DNA from: Candidatus Omnitrophota bacterium
GTDB lineage: Bacteria; Omnitrophota; Omnitrophia; Omnitrophales; Aquincolibacteriaceae
NCBI GenBank assembly: GCA_903884815.1
Contig: CAISGE010000032.1
Location: 69,978 to 133,977, forward strand
Length of the DNA: 64,000 nt
Reading direction: 5' to 3'
Positions within the stretch are counted from its first letter, which is position 1. Each line of letters begins with the position of its first letter. The position numbers and the translations under genes were made by a program. Of this stretch, positions 21,088 to 29,168 are shown in pieces. A model generated the notes under the pieces. The model saw only the letters and a program-made list of their open reading frames with translations. It made no database searches and was not told where the DNA came from.

Positions 21088-22767
21088 ATGCCGGCAAAAG
21101 AAGAACTGACCCAGGTCGAGAAAGACAAACTGCATTTTGGCTTCGATTTTGATTTCCGGGAGATCGCGCGCCGTCCCGCGGAATCCTTCACGCCGAACGA
21201 GCTCGCCATGTTCAAGTGGACAGGGATCTACCAGCAACTTCAAAAAGGGTTTTTCATGATCCGCCTGCGTATGCCGGGTGGGCTTTTTACTTCCAAACAG
21301 CTGGTGCGCGCGGCCGAAGTCGCGGAAAAGTACGCGCAAAACGAGCTTTGCATCACGACGCGCCAATGCCTGCAGTATCACTGGGTGCGTCGCGAAGATC
21401 TCTACAAGGTCATTGAAGAAATGAAAGAGGTTGGCATCCTAACGAAGAACGCCTGTGGCGATGTGACGCGCAACGTCGTGTCCTGTCCTCTCGTCGGCGT
21501 CTGTCCCCATGAAGAAGCGGACACCTTCCAGATGCTGCGCGCGATCGCGGATCATCCCGAGCTTTTGGATGAGCAGCGGAATCTTTCCCGGAAGCATAAG
21601 ATCAGCGTCGCGGGCTGCGGTCGCGCCTGCGCCCAGACACTCATGAACTGCCAGGGCTGGTATCCGGTCACGAAGAGCGGGATTGTGGGCTGGAAATTTC
21701 ACGCGGGCGGCGGGCTTGGCTCGAAACCGTATATCGCGAAGGCGATCTTTGAATGGGTCCCGGCGGAGCTGGTCGTGGATGTCGCGCGCGCTTCCACGGA
21801 AGTTTATCGACGGCTTGGCAACCGCCGGGTCCGAGCCCTGGCCCGGCTTAAGATCGTCGTGGACAGTCTCGGCGCGCAAGGGTACGCGGAGAAAGTTCTG
21901 GAAGTTTTGAAGGAACGGAATGTCCAGGGGATCGAGAAGATCGTGGTCGGCGATCACACGGTAGATGTTGGCGAGAGTTTTCTTGACGGGCAGCCGGTGA
22001 TCGAGCAAAAGACGAAAGGACTTTTTGTCGTCCGTGCCATCATTAAGCGGAGTGAGTTGAGCGGGCAGGAGGCCCGGCGCTTCGCGGCATGGGCCGAACA
22101 ATTCGGCGACGGGACGCTTGTTTTTACGAACAGGCAGAATCTTCTTTTCCGGTCTGTTCCGGCGGCCAAGGTCCCAGCGCTTTCCGCCCTGCTCAAGAAG
22201 GAAGGTTACATTACGGAAGGTTTTGAGCATGTCCCCGATATTGTTGCCTGTGTTGGGACGACGGTTTGCAATCTCGCGGTCGCGGACGTGCCGAACACCT
22301 ACAAGAGTATGATGAAGGACCTGGCTCTGGATGAGGCGTGGTGGCGTAAGGTCGGTCCCGTTCGCATCAACATGAACGGCTGTCCGAATTCCTGCGCGCA
22401 ACACGCGATCGCGGACATCGGCCTGCGTGGACTCCGCAAGCGCACGGAGCGCGGTTCGGAAGAAGGCTACAGCGTTTTTATCGGGGGGTCGCTTGCGGGC
22501 GCCGGGCATGTGGCGGAACCGGTTTGTGATGTGACCGCGCCGTATGTGGTGCCGCTCCTCAAAAAGATGCTGGATATTTATGTGAAGGAACGCCGCTCGG
22601 CCGCAGAGACGTTTGCCGCCTTCTCCAAGAGGATCACCGCCTCCGGGATGAAAGCTCTCCTCGGGGACATTCCGTTCGGTACAGATCCGGTGGGCGAGCG
22701 AAATCAGGATTATGATGCTCTCTATAAAGACTCTGTGATCGCCGCACAAAAGAAAGTCTCTCAATAA
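21088..22767 (+). CDS. sir: Assimilatory sulfite reductase hemoprotein (siroheme-[4Fe-4S])
   Basis: It has a duplicated NiR/SiR ferredoxin-like half-domain and the Cys motifs CGDVTRNVVSCP and NGCPNSCAQ. The 559 aa length suggests the ferredoxin-dependent Sir/CysI type. Confidence 0.85.
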   Translation: MPAKEELTQVEKDKLHFGFDFDFREIARRPAESFTPNELAMFKWTGIYQQLQKGFFMIRLRMPGGLFTSKQLVRAAEVAEKYAQNELCITTRQCLQYHWVRREDLYKVIEEMKEVGILTKNACGDVTRNVVSCPLVGVCPHEEADTFQMLRAIADHPELLDEQRNLSRKHKISVAGCGRACAQTLMNCQGWYPVTKSGIVGWKFHAGGGLGSKPYIAKAIFEWVPAELVVDVARASTEVYRRLGNRRVRALARLKIVVDSLGAQGYAEKVLEVLKERNVQGIEKIVVGDHTVDVGESFLDGQPVIEQKTKGLFVVRAIIKRSELSGQEARRFAAWAEQFGDGTLVFTNRQNLLFRSVPAAKVPALSALLKKEGYITEGFEHVPDIVACVGTTVCNLAVADVPNTYKSMMKDLALDEAWWRKVGPVRINMNGCPNSCAQHAIADIGLRGLRKRTERGSEEGYSVFIGGSLAGAGHVAEPVCDVTAPYVVPLLKKMLDIYVKERRSAAETFAAFSKRITASGMKALLGDIPFGTDPVGERNQDYDALYKDSVIAAQKKVSQ

Positions 22768-22771
22768 ATCT

Positions 22772-25090
22772 ATGGAACTCCGCGAAAAGATCTCCCAAGC
22801 GACCCGGCTCCTGGATCAGGGGAGAAGTGACGAGGCGATCGACATTCTTCGCGCCGACGAATCCCCGAAAGACGCGGCGCTTTGTGCACTGCTGGCCCGG
22901 GCCTATGCCCAGCGTGGTGATGTTCGTGGGGATGTCTACACCAGCCAATTTTTCGCGAAAAGGGCGGAAGAACTGGGTGCCCAGGCAGAAGAACTAAGCG
23001 CCATCCAGGCCGTCGGTGATTTCAGAAAAGAGCGCTACGACGAAGCCGCGGCCGCGTTCGCCAAGTTCGTGACCGAACAATCTCCCGCCTCTACCCAATT
23101 CCTGTTCGGCCTTTCGCTTGTCTACACCGGCAAGGAACCGCAAGGCCGCTGTTGGCTAGAGAGCGCTGCGAAAAAAGATCCGCGGCTTCAAGACAAGATC
23201 AAAGAATCCGTGCGTTATCGCCGCGCATCGGGGGAACTCAAACGTCCTCCCACCGGGAACATGTATGAGTCCGTGATCGACAAACTTCGTGCCTCCGCGG
23301 CTCAGGAGATTCCGGCTCCATACGCGCATCAACCGCTTTCAAAATTCCGCGGCACCGGGTCCGAGCCTAAGGACCTCGATTGGTCCGCGAAGAACGTGCC
23401 CTGCCAGAACAATTGTCCGGCCGGGACGAATATTCCGGAGTATCTCAATGCCATTTACAAAAGCGAATACGATCGCGCCTACCGGATCAATCTTTGGGAC
23501 AACGTGTTTCCCGGAGTGCTCGGCCGCGTTTGCGCCCGTCCTTGTGAAGAGAAATGCCGGCACGGGTGGGAAGGGCTTGGCGAGTCTGTCGCAATCTGCT
23601 GGAGCAAACGTTCGGCGGCGGATCACCGAACAACGCCCTTTGTCAAACTCGAGTCGCTTTTCCCGTCGAGCGGCAAAAAAGTCGCGGTCGTCGGCGCGGG
23701 AGTGGCAGGACTTGCCGCAGCGCGTCAGCTGGCGCTGCTCGGTCACGACGTGACGGTTTATGAAAAGCACAAGCGTCCAGGTGGCATGATGAATCAGGGA
23801 ATTCCGGAATTCCGTCTTCCGCGTGATGTGGTCGATCACGAGATCGAACAGGTCAAAGCCTGCGGCGTCAAAATTGAGTGCGGGAAGTCTGTCGGAAAAG
23901 ATCTTCAGCTTCAGACACTTCACGATGAATTTGACGCGGTGGTGCTTGCGGCCGGGACACTTGATCCCAACCGGCTGGATCTTCCCGGCGCGAAACTCGC
24001 CGGGATCCACCATGGGTTGGAATTTCTACTGAGCGTGAATGAATTGGGCAGGACAGAGATCGGCAAGCACGTGATCGTGATCGGCGGCGGCTTCACGGCG
24101 ATGGACTGCGCGCGGACCGCGTGGCGCTTGTGCGCGAAAAGCGTTCGCGTCCTTTACCGGCGTTCTTCCAAAGAAATGTTGATCACGCCGGGGGAGCTTG
24201 AAGAGCTCCGGCATGAAGGCATTTCTATGGAATTCATGATCAGTCCCGTGGCATATGTTGGCGATGGCGGGGGCCGTCTCCGCGCGGTGAAATTCATCAA
24301 GAACGAACTGGGCGATCCCGACGAAAGCGGCCGGCGGCGACCTGTGCCGGTGGAGGGGAGTGAGTTTGAGGTGGAAGCCGACACCGTGCTGCTCGCGACG
24401 GGACAATTCCCGGATACTGTTTGGATCGATGGGACTCTCCGTCAGAGGTTGTTGGATCCTGAAGAGAATATGCTTGGCGCGGGGGAGCATCGTTCCGCGG
24501 ATGAAAAGATTTTTATGGCCGGCGACTTTTCACAAGGGGCATCCTCACTTATCCGTTCGATCGGGCACGCCAAAAAGACGGCGCGGGCTGTCGACCATTT
24601 CCTCATGGGCCAGGACCGGCTCAAGGACATTGTGCGTGTGGAAGACGCGCCTGCGACGGGCAGGATACGCGAAATGGATGCAGTCCCGCTCACCGCCATG
24701 CCGTCGCTTGCCGTGAAAGACCGCGGTTTCAAGGCAGAAGTCGAAAAGGGATTCACCAAGGCACTTGCGACCGAAGAAACGCAACGCTGCTACCTCTGCC
24801 ATTATAAATTTGAGATCGATCACGATCGTTGTATTTACTGCGACTGGTGCGTCAAGGCAAAGCCACGGCCGGACTGCATTCTGAAAGTGAAGGAGCTGGT
24901 CAAAGATGCCGAGGGCCGTACGATTGATTTTGAGATCGCCCGCACGAGCGAAGAGACAAAATTCATCTATATCAACCAGCAGGATTGCATCCGCTGCCAC
25001 GCCTGCGTCCAGGCTTGCCCCGTGGATTGCATCAGCGTTCAGAAAGTCAGCAAGGGCACGGCGACCTGCGACGGCCGTCCGCTCGTCTAA
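22772..25090 (+). CDS. Multidomain flavoprotein: N-terminal TPR-like region + GltD-like NAD(P)H-dependent FAD oxidoreductase + C-terminal 2x[4Fe-4S] ferredoxin domain
   Basis: A GltD N-terminal Fe-S motif (PCQNNCPAGTNIPEY...CARPCEEKC) is followed by two Rossmann motifs (KKVAVVGAGVAGLAAA and VIVIGGGFTAMDCA). Two CxxCxxCxxxCP ferredoxin motifs lie at the C-terminus. The gene is directly downstream of sir. Confidence 0.8.
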   Translation: MELREKISQATRLLDQGRSDEAIDILRADESPKDAALCALLARAYAQRGDVRGDVYTSQFFAKRAEELGAQAEELSAIQAVGDFRKERYDEAAAAFAKFVTEQSPASTQFLFGLSLVYTGKEPQGRCWLESAAKKDPRLQDKIKESVRYRRASGELKRPPTGNMYESVIDKLRASAAQEIPAPYAHQPLSKFRGTGSEPKDLDWSAKNVPCQNNCPAGTNIPEYLNAIYKSEYDRAYRINLWDNVFPGVLGRVCARPCEEKCRHGWEGLGESVAICWSKRSAADHRTTPFVKLESLFPSSGKKVAVVGAGVAGLAAARQLALLGHDVTVYEKHKRPGGMMNQGIPEFRLPRDVVDHEIEQVKACGVKIECGKSVGKDLQLQTLHDEFDAVVLAAGTLDPNRLDLPGAKLAGIHHGLEFLLSVNELGRTEIGKHVIVIGGGFTAMDCARTAWRLCAKSVRVLYRRSSKEMLITPGELEELRHEGISMEFMISPVAYVGDGGGRLRAVKFIKNELGDPDESGRRRPVPVEGSEFEVEADTVLLATGQFPDTVWIDGTLRQRLLDPEENMLGAGEHRSADEKIFMAGDFSQGASSLIRSIGHAKKTARAVDHFLMGQDRLKDIVRVEDAPATGRIREMDAVPLTAMPSLAVKDRGFKAEVEKGFTKALATEETQRCYLCHYKFEIDHDRCIYCDWCVKAKPRPDCILKVKELVKDAEGRTIDFEIARTSEETKFIYINQQDCIRCHACVQACPVDCISVQKVSKGTATCDGRPLV

Positions 25091-25229
25091 CTCTCATCAC
25101 CCTTTCAACCTCGTAGCTTGAAATGGATTCTTTCTGGGATTGACGATGATCCCGCTCTGTTTTAATGCTGAAAACAATGGTATAATTCGCGCTCCTGAGA
25201 GCTCAATTACTTTTAAAGGAAGGAAAACC

Positions 25230-25595
25230 ATGACGACGCTTCCTACGAAAAAACTCGAGATCTTCAAGAATCCGAATCCGGAACGGGATTACGATATTGA
25301 GATGGAGTGCCCGGAGTTCACCTGCCTCTGCCCCAAGACCGGTCAGCCCGATTTCGCGACGATCCATATCGCTTACGTCCCCGACGAATTTTGTGTGGAG
25401 CTCAAGAGCCTCAAGCTTTATCTTTGGAGTTATCGCAACGAAGGCGCCTTTCATGAAGCGGTCACGAACAAGATCCTGGATGATCTGGTCAAGGCCACGA
25501 AGCCCCGGCAAATGACGGTTGAAGCCGATTTTTTTGTCCGCGGCGGCATCCATACCGTGATTACGGCAAACTATTCCAAAACCCGCAAGAAATAA
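25230..25595 (+). CDS. queF: NADPH-dependent 7-cyano-7-deazaguanine reductase
   Basis: The type-I QueF motifs [15 protein letters not shown] and the conserved C-terminus are present. RBS AAGGAAGG. Confidence 0.85.
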   Translation: MTTLPTKKLEIFKNPNPERDYDIEMECPEFTCLCPKTGQPDFATIHIAYVPDEFCVELKSLKLYLWSYRNEGAFHEAVTNKILDDLVKATKPRQMTVEADFFVRGGIHTVITANYSKTRKK

Positions 25596-25615
25596 CCAAC
25601 CTTAGGAGGTTTTTT

Positions 25616-26143
25616 ATGTCTGAACGTAAAGGCGCAGCCACATTCCAATCTAATCCTCTGACCCTGGTCGGGCCCGAGTTGAAAAAGGGAGATAAAGCTC
25701 CGGATTTCAAACTGATCGATGGCGGTTTGAAGCCTGTGACTCTCGCGGATTCCAAAGGCAAGACGCGGCTCATCAGTGTGATCCCTTCAATCGATACACC
25801 GGTGTGCGAGCTTCAGACCAAGCGTTTCAATCAGGAGGCCTCGAAGCTTCCATGCGGTGTGGCCGTTTTGACTGTCAGCATGGACCTTCCCTTTGCGCAA
25901 GCGCGTTGGTGCGGCGTCGCGGGAGCGGATAAAGTCCAGATGCTTTCCGATTATCAGGATCACGCGTTCGGCGCGGCTTACGGTGTTTTGATCAAGGAAC
26001 TACAGCTCCTTTCCCGGGCGATCTTTGTGGTTGGTCCCGATGATAAGATCCAGTACGTCGAATACGTCAAAGAGATCACGACTCATCCTGATTACGATAA
26101 GGTGCTGGCGGCTCTGAAGTCGAAATCCTGCTGCTGTGGATAA
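25616..26143 (+). CDS. tpx: Thiol peroxidase (atypical 2-Cys peroxiredoxin) with unusual C-terminal SCCCG tail
   Basis: The sequence SIDTPVCELQTKRFN contains the peroxidatic Cys, with a resolving Cys downstream. RBS AGGAGG. The extra ...KSKSCCCG at the C-terminus is not typical of Tpx. Confidence 0.85.
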   Translation: MSERKGAATFQSNPLTLVGPELKKGDKAPDFKLIDGGLKPVTLADSKGKTRLISVIPSIDTPVCELQTKRFNQEASKLPCGVAVLTVSMDLPFAQARWCGVAGADKVQMLSDYQDHAFGAAYGVLIKELQLLSRAIFVVGPDDKIQYVEYVKEITTHPDYDKVLAALKSKSCCCG

Positions 26144-26147
26144 AAAA

Positions 26148-26169
26148 AAGAACCAAAGGTTCTTTTTTT
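26148..26169 (+). terminator. Intrinsic terminator after tpx
   Basis: The structure is aagaacc-aaa-ggttctt followed by T6, and it is preceded by an A-run, so it is potentially bidirectional. Confidence 0.7.
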
Positions 26170-26250
26170 CGCTCAACGTGAAGCGCGCAACGCACAACGT
26201 AAAAGCTCGAGCAGAGATCGTTGCGCGTTGTGCGTTGAGCGTTGCGCTGG
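26170..26250. repeat. Second copy of the GCGCAACG / CGTTGCGC palindromic element family
   Basis: The stretch reads cgctcaacgtgaagcgcgcaacgcacaacg ... cgttgcgcgttgtgcgttgagcg. It is a long imperfect hairpin using the same 8-mer units as 3225-3305. Confidence 0.5.
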
Positions 26251-26297
26251 TCGTTGCTCTTGTTGGCGTAAGAGTTGCTTGGGCTGAGGCGCCTGTT

Positions 26298-26579
26298 ATG
26301 AAGACCCTTTCTGCGCATGTGGTCAAGGTTGCTCCGGGGAACGGAAGCATCGATGTGGATTTTAGGAACCCCGCTACAAATAAGGTCGAGCGGCTCACTT
26401 TCTATGCGGACCAACATGCGGGCTTAAGCAAGCTCAAGAGCCTCGATGAGTTGCGTCCCGGGCAGGTGGTCAGCATTGATTATGTGGAAGAATCTCCCAA
26501 GCGTCTGATGATCCGCCGTATTGCCCGCGTCAAATTGTCCGGTCCCCCCCAAGGCCTCGAGAAATTCCGTGGACTCTAG
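26298..26579 (+). CDS. Hypothetical small protein; possibly longer with a signal peptide starting at a GTG/TTG at about 26178-26214
   Basis: The conservative ATG start gives MKTLSAHVVKVAPGNG.... The upstream in-frame stretch ...ALSVALVVALVGVRVAWA↓EAP looks like a signal peptide but is encoded by the palindromic repeat. Confidence 0.4.
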   Translation: MKTLSAHVVKVAPGNGSIDVDFRNPATNKVERLTFYADQHAGLSKLKSLDELRPGQVVSIDYVEESPKRLMIRRIARVKLSGPPQGLEKFRGL

Positions 26580-27405
26580 TCGAGCGTGGTTTTTTTGTCT
26601 GGCGCTTCTTCTATGTTTTTCTCTGATCACGCCTGCCGGTTTCGCATCGTCTCACAATGCTCATGGTGAAAACCGCACGAATATAGTTCCCGTGACCGGG
26701 GAGGATCTTTCCCAGAAAACAGACGGAGAACTTTTCGCTATGGAGCGCGAGCTTCAGCAAGGTCTGGCCAAAGATCCCGGCAACGCGGAACTTCACAAGC
26801 AGCTTTCGACGGTTTACGCGACACTTTTTGACCGGACGCGCAATCAGAAAGGGCCATGGTCCACCGAATGGCTGACGCGTAGCCGCAACTCGCTGGAGGA
26901 GGTCCTGATGAGCCGTCCAGAGGATAAGGTGGCCCATTACAATCTCGGCGTCGTGTACAAGCGGCTCGGGGAGATGGAGCGCGCCCGTGAAGAACTTAAG
27001 AAAGCCATACGACTTTGTGACCCCAAAGAGGATGCTTATCTTATCAGCGCCTGCTGGCTTCAGATCGCGTCAGTTTATGAAGAGCAGGGATTTCTTGATG
27101 ATGCCAAGGAGTGCTATGTCACCGCGCGTGAGTTTGACTACGAGAATCCGGATATCCAGGAAGCCATCACGGCTGTGAATGCCAAGCGCAAGGAGTCGGG
27201 CAACGGGGGGGGCTTTTCTTCAATGGGGATGCCGTCGACGGGAGGGGCTTATTCCGGGAACCCGCAAACCGCGGCGGCCATGGGGGTGGATCCTAACGCT
27301 CAGAATCCGAACGGGATGGCCCAGGCATTGCCCGCGCTCGGCCAAGCAGTGATGCAAAAATTTGGAGGCGGTGGTGATGGAGGGAGTTCCGGTGGCGGAC
27401 AGTAA
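26566..27405 (+). CDS. Secreted TPR-repeat protein with Gly-rich C-terminal tail
   Basis: It has a signal peptide (WFFCLALLLCFSLITPAGFASS), TPR-like helices, and a GGGFSSMGMPSTGG...GGGDGGSSGGGQ tail. The start is uncertain (GTG 26566 or TTG 26521). Confidence 0.55.
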   Translation, partial: SVDSSRAWFFCLALLLCFSLITPAGFASSHNAHGENRTNIVPVTGEDLSQKTDGELFAMERELQQGLAKDPGNAELHKQLSTVYATLFDRTRNQKGPWSTEWLTRSRNSLEEVLMSRPEDKVAHYNLGVVYKRLGEMERAREELKKAIRLCDPKEDAYLISACWLQIASVYEEQGFLDDAKECYVTAREFDYENPDIQEAITAVNAKRKESGNGGGFSSMGMPSTGGAYSGNPQTAAAMGVDPNAQNPNGMAQALPALGQAVMQKFGGGGDGGSSGGGQ

Positions 27406-28111
27406 GATTCCTTCAGGCACCAAAGCGATCTTGCTCGATGCGGGGGGGACGCTCTTCCGTCCGTATCCGTCCATCGGGCATCATTACGGCACGGTTGCGG
27501 CGAAATACGGCTGCCGCGCGTCGGAGAAGGATATTGAAGCCGCGTTCCACCGGGTCTGGAGCGATCACGACAAGATCGGAGACTTTAAAAGCCATCTAAA
27601 TGAAAAGAACGAGAAGGAATTCTGGCGCAAGGTGGTGACCGAAGTGTTTCGGGAGTTTGGCCCCATCGCTTCCTTCGATGATTTTTTCAATGAGCTTCAC
27701 GATCTTTTCGCCCGGCCTGAAGTCTGGAAATTCTTTCCGGAGTCCGAAGAAGTGTTGCAAGCCTTGAAGGAGAAAGGTTATATTCTCTGCCTCGTTTCGA
27801 ATTGGGACACGCGGCTCGTGAAGCTTTGTCAGGGGCTCGGTCTGGACCGCTTCATGAATCGTTACGTGATCAGCGCGGTTTTGGGTGTCGCGAAACCGGA
27901 CCCGCGCATTTTCCGTGAGGCCCTGAGGCTTTCGGGCGTCGAAGCCGGGGAAGCCGTTCATGTGGGTGACAGCCTTGAGGACGATATCCACGGCGCGCAG
28001 CGCTCCGGGATCAAGGCACTCTGGCTTGACCGTTCCGGCCGGCACGCGGGCTTATCCCAAGAGGATCAGGATTCTGTGACCGTGATCCGTGATCTGAGAG
28101 AACTGATCTAG
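27377..28111 (+). CDS. HAD-superfamily hydrolase (subfamily IA-like)
   Basis: Motif I is LLDAGGTLF, motif II is LVSNWD, and motifs III/IV are K...VGDSLEDDIHGA. Confidence 0.75.
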   Translation: MEGVPVADSKIPSGTKAILLDAGGTLFRPYPSIGHHYGTVAAKYGCRASEKDIEAAFHRVWSDHDKIGDFKSHLNEKNEKEFWRKVVTEVFREFGPIASFDDFFNELHDLFARPEVWKFFPESEEVLQALKEKGYILCLVSNWDTRLVKLCQGLGLDRFMNRYVISAVLGVAKPDPRIFREALRLSGVEAGEAVHVGDSLEDDIHGAQRSGIKALWLDRSGRHAGLSQEDQDSVTVIRDLRELI

Positions 28112-28118
28112 GAGAGTT

Positions 28119-29168
28119 ATGAGCGTTCGCGATGAAATCTTAAAGTATCAGGGAGTCTTGGTTGACGCGAAGCCTATTTTCGGTCAGGATCCGAGGGCCG
28201 AAGAATTCTCTTTAGCCGGAAAGTTTAAGAACCGGGCCGCGGCATTTGGCGTCCGGAAAGCCAAGGATGGCACCCTGGAGATTTTCTACAGGGTTGCGAT
28301 AAGGCCGGTGGTGGAGCTTCCCCCGGCGTTGCAGAAGGATTGTCCGGTCATCTTTCCCGAAGGTCCGGAGTTTGCCGATGCGGACGTGCGGATCGTGGAG
28401 AATCATTGGCTGACTGAAAGGGTGATGGAGGAGAGAAGGCCGGAAGATCACTTTTCGACGCAGACGGAGACTTCAATCACGGAGCGTTTGACCACGCTCA
28501 GCCGGCTTGCCTCACGCATGGATACCGGCGATTTCTCGCTCCAACCCAGTATCGAGGCTCACGTCAAAACGAATATCCGGCAGTTCACCTGGGTGCTTTC
28601 TGGTTGTTTCGCAGTGCTGGTTCTGGCTGTGGTCGCCGTTTCCGTGCCGTTCTTTTTCAAGCCTCTCGGGATCTCCGGGGGCAAAGAAGGGAGCTCCGCA
28701 AATTCCACGCTCCGTTCTACACGGATCGCCCGCGCTCAGGCGGAACTTGCCAGGAGCCAGAGAAATATTATACCTCCGGGATCGAATGTCTTTCTGATGG
28801 TGACTCCGGACAAGACCACGGTCCCGGTGGGCGGAAAAGTAACACTGCTTTACGAGCTGTTGACGCGCTATAGCGCCAAATGTTGGGGTTTCAATAATGA
28901 AGGGAAGTTTCAGCATTTCCAGGTGGAGAGAAGGGATCCCGCGCCGGATACGCCCCGTGTGGTTGTGCCGATGAACGGCAAAAAATTCCTCAAATTCTCC
29001 GTGGGGACAGCCACGCTTGTTCCCCAGCGAGTCGGGGAGCAACTCATCTATCCGGGAACGGCCTTTGTTTCCGCCCGGGCTGAGAGCGGACAGATCCTGG
29101 ACGTTTATCTGACCACCAAACCGATGGCGATCGACGTGGTTGCGGAATCCGCGCAGGAGAGAAAATGA
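28119..29168 (+). CDS. Hypothetical single-pass membrane protein with BatD-like C-terminal periplasmic domain
   Basis: A cytoplasmic N-domain is followed by one TM helix (FTWVLSGCFAVLVLAVVAVSV) and a C-terminal region resembling the BatD beta-rich domain. Domain identity is low confidence. Confidence 0.55.
   Translation: MSVRDEILKYQGVLVDAKPIFGQDPRAEEFSLAGKFKNRAAAFGVRKAKDGTLEIFYRVAIRPVVELPPALQKDCPVIFPEGPEFADADVRIVENHWLTERVMEERRPEDHFSTQTETSITERLTTLSRLASRMDTGDFSLQPSIEAHVKTNIRQFTWVLSGCFAVLVLAVVAVSVPFFFKPLGISGGKEGSSANSTLRSTRIARAQAELARSQRNIIPPGSNVFLMVTPDKTTVPVGGKVTLLYELLTRYSAKCWGFNNEGKFQHFQVERRDPAPDTPRVVVPMNGKKFLKFSVGTATLVPQRVGEQLIYPGTAFVSARAESGQILDVYLTTKPMAIDVVAESAQERK

Noticed and set aside
21439-22764. 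A 441-aa minus-strand ORF opposite the sulfite reductase gene.
   Set aside because: It is antisense to a gene with strong SiR motifs. It has an Arg/Pro-rich composition, no RBS and no partner context. It is judged a GC-rich shadow ORF.
25146-25229. A possible preQ1 riboswitch in the queF leader.
   Set aside because: A small hairpin (gctcctgagagc) exists, but the A-rich tail and pseudoknot-forming consensus of preQ1-I/II are not present. The leader after the best -10 candidate is only about 40 nt.
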